Virus record (IMG/VR): IMGVR_UViG_2974574029_000001
Coordinates: 1-31,423 of that record
DNA: 31,423 nt
Reading direction: 5' to 3' (one strand)
DNA from: a virus
Lineage: Duplodnaviria > Heunggongvirae > Uroviricota > Caudoviricetes
Shown: one piece after another, positions 1-10,006 of the stretch
How the letters are laid out: each line of letters starts with the position of its first letter
How positions within the stretch are numbered: the first letter of the stretch is position 1
Position numbers and translations under genes: made by a program
Notes under the pieces: model-generated
The model's database searches: none
What the model saw: only the letters and a program-made list of their open reading frames with translations
Told to the model about the DNA's origin: nothing

Positions 1-1874
1 TCAACTCTTTACCGATGCGCAGACGACCGTTAACAATTCTCTCAGCAGTTTTTTCTGCACGAAGATAACCTTTAATATTATAAAGCTACTAGCCATATTG
101 ACCTTTTGCTTGTATTCAGGATCTTTTAAAACCTCTACGCCAAGCACCTTTAAGTCCTTAACAAGAGAGCAATAATCCGAGCGCTTAGTCAACTGGTTGA
201 GATGATACTCTAGCAGATTTGAACTTGCAACTTTATAAAGATCTTCCTGTGTGATAGTCCTAACATCATCTTCCAACCAGCCAACCCGGTTTAAAGGAAC
301 GATATACAGCTTATCATCAATACCAAGATCTGATAAGAACGTTTCCGGCTGTTTTCGGGTAGAAAGATACGCTGTTGAACCTAAATCGCAAGACCCACGG
401 GCCTGACCACCAGAATAAATCATAGCGTACTTGATATCTTCAAAATCTGCACGGGAGATCCGTGTTTTTCTGATAGAACCATCCTGCTCAATAATCCAGA
501 CTGGATGACCAGGTTCGTACAGGCCATAGCCACCATATTTCTTCTCAGATTTAGATGCTGGACGCTTTTCCAAATCAGATAGCTTATGGATCATTCCCAC
601 GAAGAATGGATTATCACACATTTGCGCAACACCGCGATTGTCAGTCAGATAAACTGCCTTGCCTGTTACATCAACCAACTGGTTACAGCGGCTACGAACC
701 AGCTTGTTAATATCATTGTACACAAGGTGGAAGCCGTTCATCATGTCGGTGTAAGAGTATGTCTTATCCATTCTTCGCTTTTCACCATGACCATTGTAAG
801 TCACGCACTCTTTAATATTCAAAGAGTTAGTGTGCTCTGCGAAGAGTTCCGCGATGTATTTTGCACCATATTTAGTAGCAAACCAACCACCTACCCGCTT
901 CATATAAGCCAGAACATCTGCAAGTTTTGAAAGCTTACGGAGTTCATGGTAAATTTCTTCCCCACGACGATCAAGGGCAGTCTGGACAAATGTCTTAAGA
1001 CGCTCTTCGAATCCACGGTCATTCTTGCCTTCGATGGTCCATTCACGCCCTGGGTTTACATCACAATCCCCGATCGGGATGGATACCATCATCAGAGGCC
1101 ATTCAGAGTTATTGCTCAGGAACTTTGACTTGTACGGCTGTTGCCCCATTACCACAACACTGTCAGCATTGCTGGATACCGACGAGTACATTTCCAGCAT
1201 CCAACCAGATTCTTCATCTTTGAACGTATACTGCACCGGATAGGTACGGTCACGGATAGATGAGGTCACAAACGGATCGTTGATCTCGTAAGGAAACTTA
1301 GCATAACGCAGGCAACTAATAATTGCACGGCGGTATTTCTCAGTCCCTGTCGGGTCAACGTTGAATTTGATTTCAACACCGTTTTCTTCTATGGTTTTAG
1401 ACTCGTGAAGAGGAACAACCTCAGGAATACCCTGGTCTTTATGAACAGAGTAAATAGTTTTAGTACCATCCTTGACAGAGATGACACTGAACATGTCCGT
1501 AACGGTGAATGGTGCCTTGGAACCAATACCTTTCGCACCGATCAGCTCGTTGGATTCACGTTTGGTTGACGACCCCAGCATCATGAAGGTCTGGGTGACC
1601 ATATCAAAGTCCATCCCAATACCACCATCCTTGACAGAATACCACGGTTCCAGATCAGTTGGGGAGTGATGATAATCGGTTTATCCCGGCATCCGGCTTC
1701 TGTGTGCGCATCTACCGCATTGAACAGGGGTTCACGACAGGCAGCGAGAATCTTGTCCTCATAAATACCATCGATCAAGATACTGAAAGTTTCAGCATTA
1801 ATCGCGATACCAGCCTGATAGCGTTTGACGTTGGTACTAACTTCTACCTTCTTCTCATTACGCTCGATTATCAT
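1..1874 (-). CDS. rIIA: RIIA-like protein (GHKL/HATPase N-terminus), split by apparent -1 indels near 1668 and near 85; probably continues past the left edge
   Basis: ORF 1581-1874 (LIDGIYEDKILAACREPLFNAVDAH) joins ORF 1-1614 via HSPTDLEPWYSVKDGGIGMDFD if one base is restored; GSSTKRESNELIGAKGIGSKAPF is the rIIA/GHKL signature. An alternate frame at the left end reads NIKGYLRAEKTAERIVNGRLRIGKEL with no stop. Confidence 0.85.
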
Positions 1875-1984
1875 CTACTTCTCCTACTTTTTGCAGTTGT
1901 TTGTATTTAGTCTAAAGAGGGAGGTTGCCATACCTATTGCGTATGCTCCACAAATTTGTTCCCAATACATGGGTTGTGACAGTG

Positions 1985-2013
1985 ACAATATCACACACAA
2001 AGGGGTAACGCAA
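1985..2013 (-). promoter_or_regulatory. sigma70-type promoter for rIIA
   Basis: TTGCGT-N17-TATTGT with TG extension on the minus strand. Confidence 0.55.
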
Positions 2014-2043
2014 ACAAATATTGCCAATAATTTCTTCATGAGT

Positions 2044-2571
2044 TCAGGCCCCCTGAGAATCTTTCTCTTTATAATAGATATGATTGTCGATTCTCACTGT
2101 CCGCAGCATAACTTTTGTCCAGTAAGGCTTCACTTTTCGGGAGTGGTAGTGGGTAGCCCCGTGTGTTATATCCAGGGCATCGTAGACGATCCTGTTCTGT
2201 TTATGGATCTTAGTTAGGGCTTTTGCAAATTCTTGTGCCTTATCCCAACGATCTTTTTCATAGACTTTAAACGTTGTTCCAGAAGATGTCCAAGAGAATT
2301 GGCCTGGTTGATAGACAATCTTCTTTACCGTTCCAGGATATTTGTCGTTATCCTTACGATTCAAAGTCACGAATCCAATCGACATTAACCCGGAATCACT
2401 TTCTCCACGGGCCTCTCGATACATATTACATGCCAAGATGTTTACCGCTGTGTCATCTTTCTTGCATAGATGAATCACCTTGGGCTTCTTTACACTTTCT
2501 TTGGCTAAGACAGGTGTGGTAGTCAGAGAAAGGATACAGGCGGTTGCCAAAATTATATTTTTCAATTTCAA
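2044..2571 (-). CDS. Cell wall hydrolase, SleB/Hydrolase_2 family, with signal peptide
   Basis: LACNMYREARGES, VTLNR, YPGTVKKIVYQPGQFSW, GATHYH, RIDNHIYY motifs; hydrophobic N-terminus. Confidence 0.9.
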   Translation of the reverse strand: MKLKNIILATACILSLTTTPVLAKESVKKPKVIHLCKKDDTAVNILACNMYREARGESDSGLMSIGFVTLNRKDNDKYPGTVKKIVYQPGQFSWTSSGTTFKVYEKDRWDKAQEFAKALTKIHKQNRIVYDALDITHGATHYHSRKVKPYWTKVMLRTVRIDNHIYYKEKDSQGA

Positions 2572-2587
2572 ATTTACACTCCAAATT

Positions 2588-2608
2588 AAAAAGCCCCATT
2601 GCGGGGCT
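2588..2608 (-). terminator. Intrinsic terminator
   Basis: Minus strand GCCCC-GCAAT-GGGGC followed by TTTTT. Confidence 0.75.
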
Positions 2609-2619
2609 GTGTTGCATTA

Positions 2620-3105
2620 TTAACGACGGTGATATACATCACCTGAGACAGACCTCACATTACCCTCTATGGTTTGCGCCCGGACATCACCGGAAACGGT
2701 GGTCACATCTGCAAGTGCTCCTGTTTCAACATGAACATCACCAGAAACAGTCTTAACATTACCTGCCGTGCCATAAACATTCACATCCCCGGACGTTGTG
2801 TTTATGCTCCCGGTATTTCCGTGGATGACCACGATAATGTTTTTATCAGAAGTGGTATAGACTTCTTTTCCGTTGATGAGGATTTTATCCCCATTTGCAG
2901 AAATACTCAAGTCACCACCAATAATGTCGCCATTAACCACGGTATCCCCGTTGATCGTGATGGTATTACCATTCACTTTAACCATAGGTTGCTCCTTTGC
3001 ATGTTTTAATTTCACTGCTAAGTATTCACGCAGACCCATTACACCGCCTCCAAGTCGGACTCTGGATGGAATAACCATCCAATATGGTCGATAGAGTATG
3101 CCCAT
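2620..3105 (-). CDS. Beta-helix repeat protein (DUF4097/adhesin-like); start uncertain
   Basis: Repeated T(V/T)SGDV(H/N/R)V units. Confidence 0.65.
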   Translation of the reverse strand: MGILYRPYWMVIPSRVRLGGGVMGLREYLAVKLKHAKEQPMVKVNGNTITINGDTVVNGDIIGGDLSISANGDKILINGKEVYTTSDKNIIVVIHGNTGSINTTSGDVNVYGTAGNVKTVSGDVHVETGALADVTTVSGDVRAQTIEGNVRSVSGDVYHRR

Positions 3106-3224
3106 TCCGCCTTGTTGTACTCGTCACCTTCGGAAAAGTACATGGTGGAAATAGGGCCTACTTTGCCGCTCCAAGTATCTTTGACTGTCTGTCCAACTTT
3201 AAACTTCGGTTCTGGTCTCACCAT
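3039..3224 (-). CDS. Hypothetical protein (SH3-like small fold possible)
   Basis: PKFKVGQTV N-terminus common in small phage proteins; operon-like overlap with neighbours. Confidence 0.65.
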   Translation of the reverse strand: MVRPEPKFKVGQTVKDTWSGKVGPISTMYFSEGDEYNKAEWAYSIDHIGWLFHPESDLEAV

Positions 3225-3387
3225 TTTTAATTACCCTCGCTTTTTGGACATGATAAACAAACTGCTTGTTCTCTTTAACAAACTTTTTGCCCTGTTCTTC
3301 ATCTTCGAAAATCAAGGTATCACACTCGGTGAAAGAATGTCCAGGTCTTTTTTCAACAGACCGCGTTGTGGCTACAATGAGGGCCAT
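3199..3387 (-). CDS. Hypothetical protein
   Basis: 62-aa ORF translationally coupled to the ligase stop. Confidence 0.65.
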   Translation of the reverse strand: MALIVATTRSVEKRPGHSFTECDTLIFEDEEQGKKFVKENKQFVYHVQKARVIKNGETRTEV

Positions 3388-4429
3388 TAGCCCTCCTCAC
3401 TCAGACGAGTCATGTACCATGCACGAGCTTTATTGCTGATAAACTTGCCAACATCTTTCATGGTCATGGAGCTGGCTTCCAGAACATCACCCTCTTCCTT
3501 GTTGATGTCTCGGTTAATCCATCCAATGAACTCGCCGATCTTAGTCTGGTCAAGACCGACTTCGCTAACACCCTGCTCAAGACGCGCTTCCGTCACAGCG
3601 TACTCAACGAACTCACGCATATTTGCGAGGCGTTCTGGGTCGATCGCTGCAAGTGTCTTAACTTTGGATACAGAATGTTTATCACCCTTAACTTTAAACC
3701 ACAGGCCAGAGATTTTAGAAAGCTCAGGGTCTTTTGGAGACCAGACAATACCTTCACCGACACCTTCTACACCAAAGAACTTACCTGCCGGGCATTTGTT
3801 TTCCACTTCACGAGTCAGTTCTGCCAGGTCATTCTGGACAAGTTCTGGCTCATTGAATGGAATATTAGCCATCCAGTAACCGAAGTCAAGGATACTGTAG
3901 ATACGAGCATCCGGCAATCCAATTCCAAATTGGAACGTTGGTGGTAGCCAGTTGAGGGTATCCGTTGCCTCATCCCGGCCCACAGCCACACGGAAGATAG
4001 CAAAGAATGGCTCTACTTCAGTGATGGCAACACCTTTCTGAATGCCGCGACCAGCCCATTCACCAGCAATTTCAACCGGAAAATGGAACTCAACGTCATT
4101 GACTTCACACAGGTATTTAACCTGAGAAAGCAGCTCTCCGGTGTCTTTTCGAGACATGAAGCCGCAAAGCCATTGTTATCGTCACCTACAGTGACGACAC
4201 GCTCTTTAGACTGGAATACGACTTCATCCTCGGAGTGGAATACCACACTACCATTGGTGCCGTGAAGCTTAACCGTACCGATGTACGGGATCAAGTATGC
4301 GTCCGGTGGCAGAACCTTTCGTTTGATGTTACCTTCTTCATCAAGACCGTCGAACGTCAGTTTATCATGCATGGTGCGGATCACCTGGCGGAACTGTGCG
4401 GTGCTTGGATAACGAATTGCTTTTGTCAT
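3387..4429 (-). CDS. RNA ligase, Rnl2-like nucleotidyltransferase; apparent -1 indel near 4160
   Basis: Motif I TVKLHGTNG, FQSKER, GEWAG, GEGIVW, WFKVK; the two ORFs fuse as GFAAFMSRKD if one T is restored. Confidence 0.85.
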
Positions 4430-4432
4430 ACC

Positions 4433-4927
4433 CTAATCTCCTCTTGCGAACTCTCCGTGGAGTTCTTTTCGTTTCTCTTTTAACCAAGAAAGACATTCTT
4501 CTATGGTATCTTTGTTACCTGATAGGTATCGTTGTTTATTTTTCCAGAGACAAGCTCTAAATTTCCCATACTTCATTTTATGGATATTCTTAGGAAGCCC
4601 CGATAATTTCACTTTATTTGGGGCTGAATTCCATTGGTTTTCGGCATTGGTTGCTAACCTAAGGTTTTCCTTTCGGTTATTCATAGGATTACCGTCTTTA
4701 TGGTCTATCTGATACCCTTCTGGTATATCTCCATAAAACATTTTGTAAATCCATATATGATTAGCCACTAAATGCCCATCTATTTTTGTTCTATAGTAAG
4801 GATAACCCTTGTTGCTTCCCGCCACCTTTCCCCTTACACGCCAATGTGCAGACCCACTCCACCTAAGAAATGAAGGAGATGACTCATCATAGATGAGTAA
4901 ATGACTATTTATGGCCCATTTAGCCAA
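4433..4927 (-). CDS. HNH homing endonuclease with AP2-like C-terminus (TTG start after GGAGG)
   Basis: HIWIYKMFYGDIPEGYQIDHKDGNPMNNRKENLRLATNAENQWN HNH core. Confidence 0.9.
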   Translation of the reverse strand: MAKWAINSHLLIYDESSPSFLRWSGSAHWRVRGKVAGSNKGYPYYRTKIDGHLVANHIWIYKMFYGDIPEGYQIDHKDGNPMNNRKENLRLATNAENQWNSAPNKVKLSGLPKNIHKMKYGKFRACLWKNKQRYLSGNKDTIEECLSWLKEKRKELHGEFARGD

Positions 4928-5144
4928 CTTTATCCTCCCCAAATAATTTACTAATGTGTCCACCAGAAAGTTCAAGAACTACATATCTTTGTTGGTCATC
5001 AAAATACTTCTTCCCACTCCAGGTCGCATGAACAAGATTCCAGGCATTCTTAGCCGCGCCGGAGCTAATCCACCCAATCTTGGCTTTGTGGTTCCAGAGA
5101 CATCTGTCAACCGTGTCATAGATGACAAAAACAGACTTACTCAT
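4920..5144 (-). CDS. Hypothetical protein
   Basis: GGAGGG SD before ATG; coupled to neighbours. Confidence 0.65.
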   Translation of the reverse strand: MSKSVFVIYDTVDRCLWNHKAKIGWISSGAAKNAWNLVHATWSGKKYFDDQQRYVVLELSGGHISKLFGEDKVG

Positions 5145-5346
5145 CAGAACCCTCCAGCTTCCAGCCACGACTATTCAGCCACTCTTCAACTTGGATACCC
5201 ACACCTGAACCATTTGGTTTCTCAGCACCAAGCAATAGGACAACAAAACTTTCTCCGCGTGGGGCGGTGTAGGAAAATGTCGTGCCATCGATATGAAGAT
5301 CAATCTTTTTAGTATGTGCAACCATACCGTCTTCTAATTGAACCAT
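5137..5346 (-). CDS. Hypothetical protein
   Basis: 69-aa ORF coupled to upstream stop. Confidence 0.65.
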   Translation of the reverse strand: MVQLEDGMVAHTKKIDLHIDGTTFSYTAPRGESFVVLLLGAEKPNGSGVGIQVEEWLNSRGWKLEGSDE

Positions 5347-5519
5347 TATTCATACTCTCCCATCCAATCTTGCCACAGAACTTCATGGCAAACATCATAA
5401 ATATCATTGAGAGCATCCTTTCTGTCAAGGGCGTCAATCAATTTCGGGTCAATATCCCGGATTGCTGCAATAATCCGATCGTATGCAGTATCAGGGTGTA
5501 GATTTTTCTTTTCTGTCAT
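5346..5519 (-). CDS. Hypothetical protein, 57 aa (not in ORF track)
   Basis: MTEKKNLHPDTAYDRIIAAIRDIDPKLIDALDRKDALNDIYDVCHEVLWQDWMGEYE; fills the gap with coupling at both ends. Confidence 0.65.
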   Translation of the reverse strand: MTEKKNLHPDTAYDRIIAAIRDIDPKLIDALDRKDALNDIYDVCHEVLWQDWMGEYE

Positions 5520-6012
5520 CACTTTTTCTCCGGCAGAATGTATACAGTTACATCACAATCCCAGAACACGGATTTGATCATGCTTCGATGACATTCCAGT
5601 CACCACCTGCCAAGCCTGCACCGATTTTAGGGAACCCGATTCGGTAGGTATCCATAGGACCGTCTGTATAGCTCTGTAAGAGCTTTTTCATCTCGACCAT
5701 TGAATCGTACAGGGCATTGTAATCGAGGTCCCTGAGACCCGGTTTACGACGATTATAGCCGTATTGTGAGTACAGATTAAATCCTGCGAGAGAACCACCA
5801 TTCAAAAAGGCCATTGTACAGGTTCCCAGCTTAGACTTATCGCCCTTCTCAGTTTTCAGATCGGCAGCGTACATCTTAGGGAATGCTTCTTTGATCAACG
5901 GGGCTATTCCGCTTCCCATCGTGCAATAGCAGTTTGCGCCGTGGGCAAACACATTGATCTCACCGCTTTTTGCAGCCGCGATCAGGTCACCAACTTTGTA
6001 TTTGAAGCTCAT
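5519..6012 (-). CDS. Macro domain protein (ADP-ribose hydrolase-like); apparent -1 indel near 5581
   Basis: VGDL, AHGANCYCTMGSGIA, NLYSQ, FPKIGAGLAGGDW motifs; restoring one A adds MIKSVFWDCDVTVYILPEKK, coupling to the next gene. Confidence 0.85.
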
Positions 6013-6182
6013 TGCACTTCCTCACATTCATATGGATAGATGTCAAGGTCTTGGCCTTTCCACTCACAACGGTAATAGTCAATAAATGTCCCATTATACA
6101 CTTCCTCCAGAACATCCAGAATATCACCTTTTTGGGGGGAGTGCCCTTGTTCGCTGTAACTTGCGGTCATTTTAACTTTCAT
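6009..6182 (-). CDS. Hypothetical protein (SH3-like)
   Basis: GGAG SD before MKVKMTA. Confidence 0.6.
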   Translation of the reverse strand: MKVKMTASYSEQGHSPQKGDILDVLEEVYNGTFIDYYRCEWKGQDLDIYPYECEEVQ

Positions 6183-6396
6183 GTACAATCTCCAAGTCTT
6201 CAGGGAAAGCATAAAAACCTTCTGAGACAGTTCCGTCTTGGCGGGTGAAGTCAACTAAGACATCACCGCAATCAACCCCAACAACAATACCTATATCCCC
6301 GATGGAAACACCATCCAAAGAATAATCTTCCTCCATCCGGTCTTGATTGGGATTAAACTTAACCTTACTTCCTGTAACAATCTGGTCTAAATTCAT
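6172..6396 (-). CDS. Hypothetical protein (SH3/KOW-like)
   Basis: GSKVKF...IGDIGIVVGV pattern; GAGGAG SD. Confidence 0.65.
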   Translation of the reverse strand: MNLDQIVTGSKVKFNPNQDRMEEDYSLDGVSIGDIGIVVGVDCGDVLVDFTRQDGTVSEGFYAFPEDLEIVHES

Positions 6397-6569
6397 TTGC
6401 AACTCCTCTCTTTAAACTCTTTCATGGATTCAATAGCATCCGCACGATTTTTCGCACAGACAACAAATACCCGATGACGTCGATAGGTGTATCCTGCCAT
6501 AACACAGTCGGCGGTGTCAAGCCACCAACACTCGTTTAGTTCAGAAACTGGGAATTTGAATTTTGCCAT
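6393..6569 (-). CDS. Hypothetical protein, 58 aa (not in ORF track)
   Basis: MAKFKFPVSELNECWWLDTADCVMAGYTYRRHRVFVVCAKNRADAIESMKEFKERSCK; coupled at both ends. Confidence 0.65.
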   Translation of the reverse strand: MAKFKFPVSELNECWWLDTADCVMAGYTYRRHRVFVVCAKNRADAIESMKEFKERSCK

Positions 6570-6877
6570 TATTTCCTCTTCTTCTTTTTCTTCTTTAGTT
6601 TGTTGTGACCACGCCCCTTAACGATCTTAAACTTAGCATAGTCAACATCATCATTATCAATCACAATGATATTGTTTGCAGGACGGGCAGATATCGCGTC
6701 CAAAGAAATGGTTTCTGCATCCCACAAAGAAGCTAGTGTTGAGTACCCCACAGGATTACCACAACCAAGAACAACAATCTTTCTATCGCCAACCATTTCT
6801 TTGAGGGCTTCACGGACCTTTTCCAGTTCTTCTTTCTGGTCTTCTGTTAACTCTGGACCAATGTTCTGAAGATTCAT
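6569..6877 (-). CDS. Hypothetical protein with basic C-terminal tail
   Basis: 102-aa ORF ending KGRGHNKLKKKKKKRK. Confidence 0.7.
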   Translation of the reverse strand: MNLQNIGPELTEDQKEELEKVREALKEMVGDRKIVVLGCGNPVGYSTLASLWDAETISLDAISARPANNIIVIDNDDVDYAKFKIVKGRGHNKLKKKKKKRK

Positions 6878-6880
6878 TCA

Positions 6881-7213
6881 TCACCCCTGTTGTACAAAAA
6901 GATGAGGGTAGACCTCATAGACCTCTTTTTCAAGCCCTCCGAGAGCCTTGCAACGGCGAACACGGTCCTCATTCCAACCGAATTCCCTCACTTCATCAGC
7001 CAAACGTTGGACACGATCATATGCAGGGCGGAAAGTTTCACGGTCCCCATACACCATGCAGTGCGTAAAGAAACAGATCATCGCCTCGATATCGAACCAG
7101 TGTGGCTGATATGCCTGCACCAGTTCATTAGCACCTCCGACATTTTTGAAATGCGCTTCAGTGATCGGTACAGAAGAAGGGATCTCGTCAGAATTCGAAA
7201 AGTTTTTTACCAT
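6881..7213 (-). CDS. Hypothetical protein
   Basis: 110-aa ORF, GGGGA SD. Confidence 0.7.
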   Translation of the reverse strand: MVKNFSNSDEIPSSVPITEAHFKNVGGANELVQAYQPHWFDIEAMICFFTHCMVYGDRETFRPAYDRVQRLADEVREFGWNEDRVRRCKALGGLEKEVYEVYPHLFVQQG

Positions 7214-7506
7214 AATTCCCCCTTCATGAGGACAATCCGATTACGATGGGCATAATCACGGAAGGCCCCAAGATTATCTTTATCGTGTTTAGCGATCTTC
7301 TCAAGAACTTCCATTGCGGTTATGCCAGATGTCCAGCCTGACTGACAGAAGCCATTGTCTGTACGAAGATAACACTCTTTTCCAGCCTGTCCATATCGCG
7401 CTTGGTTTTCAATATCACTGATGTCAAGGTCACTGATCCTAACAAGGCGCTCTTCCCCAGTAAAATCAGGAATGTAGATATAACCGAAACTAGGTCTGCG
7501 GCTCAT
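7207..7506 (-). CDS. Hypothetical protein
   Basis: 99-aa ORF overlapping both neighbours by a few bases. Confidence 0.7.
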   Translation of the reverse strand: MSRRPSFGYIYIPDFTGEERLVRISDLDISDIENQARYGQAGKECYLRTDNGFCQSGWTSGITAMEVLEKIAKHDKDNLGAFRDYAHRNRIVLMKGELW

Positions 7507-7655
7507 ACTTTGCTCTCCACGTAATAAGGTAATCGCTTGATCAAGTCTTGAGGAGCACCATTTTCTGTCCAGGTGAGGCCTTGGTCACCAGACACATAGC
7601 CTTTACCGTTAACAAACTTGCGCCATATATTACGGAACTGGTTTTTGTAGGTCAC
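7503..7655 (-). CDS. Hypothetical protein, 50 aa (GTG start)
   Basis: GAGGA SD 8 nt before GTG; the track's longer start lies inside a promoter. Confidence 0.55.
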   Translation of the reverse strand: MTYKNQFRNIWRKFVNGKGYVSGDQGLTWTENGAPQDLIKRLPYYVESKV

Positions 7656-7686
7656 TGAATCTATCCTCGTTTTGTTTGATACATGA

Positions 7687-7715
7687 AGCATAACAGCCCC
7701 AAGAGGGGCTGTCAA
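7687..7715 (-). promoter_or_regulatory. sigma70 promoter whose spacer is a hairpin
   Basis: TTGACA-N17-TATGCT; ACAGCCCC-AAGA-GGGGCTGT at 7693-7712. Confidence 0.75.
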
Positions 7716-7717
7716 TA

Positions 7718-8914
7718 TTATTTTCCTTCAATAAGCTTAATATCTTCAGCGTAGTTGACCTGGAAGTCTGCCATAATTTTCATTATGATAGGCTTTGCCT
7801 TCAACAAACGTGCAGGAAGCTTGTCACGGTTGCTCGCGGTGGTCAACAAAGCCTTACCAAACGCATTTTCCTTAATGAACGACAGGAAGATAGAGCTTAC
7901 GAAGTCTCGGTTCTGGTCCATAAAGTGGTCGTAAAGATACTGAAGGAAGTTTCCAGAGAATTCAATAATCTGATCATCGGTGTAGTTGGTATCTGCAATA
8001 GCCTTACGCAACCAAATAGCACCTTCGGAACCTAAAATCCACAAACTATCGGATGGAAGGTCTCCAGGGTCTTGGGCAGTACCGTTCATAACATCTTCGA
8101 TCGGAACCATATTACGAAGTTTAGTGTGGTATGCCCACAGTTCAGCCATTAAAGGTGTGCCAATGAAGCCCTGAAGAGCCACTTTAGCTAGGTTGGCAGG
8201 CAGCAAATTAGCATCGTAATCGTACAATACATCACTGGCGTAAGTTAAAGTACGCGGTGTGGCGAAAGAAGGACACCCGATATCCAGCATTTCTTCATAG
8301 TTTTCAATAGCACTGTTCTTACGAGACAGAAAACCAATGATTGACGAATGAATACCGTTCTGCATGGCATAGTCTTCGATGAACACCGATGCGCTATAGG
8401 TAAGCTCTACCAGCATCATACGGTTAGCCAAAGGGGCTTCCAGTGCAGTCACGGCAGTACCATCCCCAGCACGGTTACCCGCAGCAACCAGTACAGCCCC
8501 TTCAGGGAACTGGTAGGTCCCGATTCGACGGTCCAGCATGATTTGGAATGCCAGTTTCTGAAGGTAAGGCTCGGCGTGGAGAAGCTCGTCAAGGAACACA
8601 ATACCTTTCCAGTTAGGATCACGAGGCCAGAAATCCGGCAAGGCGTACACTGTGCGAGTAACACCATTGTCATCGGTGTATGGAATCTGCACCCCGGTGA
8701 GGTCGGTGTTATCTTTATCAGCCAAGCGGAAGTCTACCAGGTTGTCACCAGGCCCGAAAAGAGAATCCGCAATTTGCTTCACAGCCTGACTTTTACCAAT
8801 ACCTGCCCCACCGAAGATCATCAGTGAACGTTTGTGACGCTGGCAAAATTGTACCAGTGGTGGAAGATCACGCAAAGTGATCCAGTTGCCAGAAAAGATG
8901 TTGCGACTTGACAT
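7718..8914 (-). CDS. MoxR-like AAA+ ATPase
   Basis: Walker A GGAGIGKS, Walker B IVFLDE, AAGNR, EAPLANRM, ATPRT; AGGAG SD before MSSRNIF. Confidence 0.9.
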   Translation of the reverse strand: MSSRNIFSGNWITLRDLPPLVQFCQRHKRSLMIFGGAGIGKSQAVKQIADSLFGPGDNLVDFRLADKDNTDLTGVQIPYTDDNGVTRTVYALPDFWPRDPNWKGIVFLDELLHAEPYLQKLAFQIMLDRRIGTYQFPEGAVLVAAGNRAGDGTAVTALEAPLANRMMLVELTYSASVFIEDYAMQNGIHSSIIGFLSRKNSAIENYEEMLDIGCPSFATPRTLTYASDVLYDYDANLLPANLAKVALQGFIGTPLMAELWAYHTKLRNMVPIEDVMNGTAQDPGDLPSDSLWILGSEGAIWLRKAIADTNYTDDQIIEFSGNFLQYLYDHFMDQNRDFVSSIFLSFIKENAFGKALLTTASNRDKLPARLLKAKPIIMKIMADFQVNYAEDIKLIEGK

Positions 8915-8945
8915 TATTTGTCTCCTGTAAATGAAATTCGGGAAA

Positions 8946-8974
8946 AGGATACATTTCCTCCTCCCCCATTGCAA
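8946..8974 (-). promoter_or_regulatory. sigma70 promoter for the AAA gene
   Basis: TTGCAA-N17-TATCCT with TG extension. Confidence 0.65.
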
Positions 8975-8977
8975 TGA

Positions 8978-9349
8978 TTATTTATCCACCCAAACACGAT
9001 TTTCATCACACCAATCATAAAAATCTTTCATGATATCATTGAATTCCCTCATAGGTGTATAGTGACGAATTGGATCAGCATCATGACCTTCGGCCTCACA
9101 TTCAGCAATGGATGCTAACCACTCAGAATATGTAGGGATATCACGCAAATAGATTATAATATCAATGAGACCTCCATCACACTGAATGCTGTCATAACTC
9201 GCTTTGTTTGGAAACTTTCTTTCCAGACGGCGTGCGATCTCTTTCGCAAGTTCATGCACCGTCTTATCAGTCCAGTCTTCACGACCGCATTCACCATTGC
9301 GTTTATCCCAGATATCACGAAGGTCTAGTGTCGATTTCCACTCAGTCAT
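8978..9349 (-). CDS. Hypothetical protein
   Basis: AAGGAG SD before MTEWKS; C-terminal FNDIMKDFYDWCDENRVW. Confidence 0.7.
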   Translation of the reverse strand: MTEWKSTLDLRDIWDKRNGECGREDWTDKTVHELAKEIARRLERKFPNKASYDSIQCDGGLIDIIIYLRDIPTYSEWLASIAECEAEGHDADPIRHYTPMREFNDIMKDFYDWCDENRVWVDK

Positions 9350-9500
9350 TGTTTCTCTCCTTATATCTTCCTCGCCAAGGCCCGAAATGTCCACATTTCA
9401 AACATTCCCAGCTACATTGCCCATAAATGATGATCTTGCCGATTTTCTTATTGCGACAATTTGGACAAGAGTATACTATCTTACCACCTTTAGACAGCAT
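9342..9500 (-). CDS. Zinc-ribbon protein, 52 aa (not in ORF track)
   Basis: MLSKGGKIVYSCPNCRNKKIGKIIIYGQCSWECLKCGHFGPWRGRYKERNND; two CxxC pairs. Confidence 0.65.
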   Translation of the reverse strand: MLSKGGKIVYSCPNCRNKKIGKIIIYGQCSWECLKCGHFGPWRGRYKERNND

Positions 9501-9993
9501 TTTTCACCTTCCTCAACTCGAATTCATCGCCATAGCCTATCATATGCCCTTTGGCTGTGATCACCTTTTCACCAAACACGCTGCCAGTGCATTTACCAAT
9601 GAATACCTCTGGCATATCCTCTTCTTCCAAGAGGATATTCACATTGAAAATACCGTGATAATGAGTTGCCATACAATGCGGGGCATGTTTGTTTTTATTA
9701 TCATATTTCTTCCACACACCATGCCCAACATAGCGGTACATATTATACTTATACCATGTGTACGACCCCCATAAATCATAGGCTATATGATCAACCTTCA
9801 CGTTTACCAGACGACCTGTTTCCTTCAATAGCTCTCTATGCTCAGATCTTAGTTTCTTTATGGTTTCTTTAGCTCTCTCATAATACTCCAGATGACGATC
9901 AGCTCGCCGCATCATAACATCGAGAATACGTTCCTGGGCAGCACCACTGTCTACTAAAGAGTCGTACATATCCTTACTTGATTTGGTGGTCAT
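9490..9993 (-). CDS. Hypothetical protein
   Basis: AAGGAG SD; coiled-coil-like N-terminal half. Confidence 0.7.
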   Translation of the reverse strand: MTTKSSKDMYDSLVDSGAAQERILDVMMRRADRHLEYYERAKETIKKLRSEHRELLKETGRLVNVKVDHIAYDLWGSYTWYKYNMYRYVGHGVWKKYDNKNKHAPHCMATHYHGIFNVNILLEEEDMPEVFIGKCTGSVFGEKVITAKGHMIGYGDEFELRKVKNAV

Positions 9994-10006
9994 CAGTGGC
10001 ACTCCT

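Noticed and set aside
1-1874. rIIA, RNA ligase and macro gene as true pseudogenes
   Set aside because: Each break is a single missing base with no other decay, repeated across the window; an assembly artefact is more likely.
1975-1993. matS (MatP site)-like GTGACAGTGACAA
   Set aside because: The right half is not GTCAC, so it does not match GTGACRNYGTCAC.
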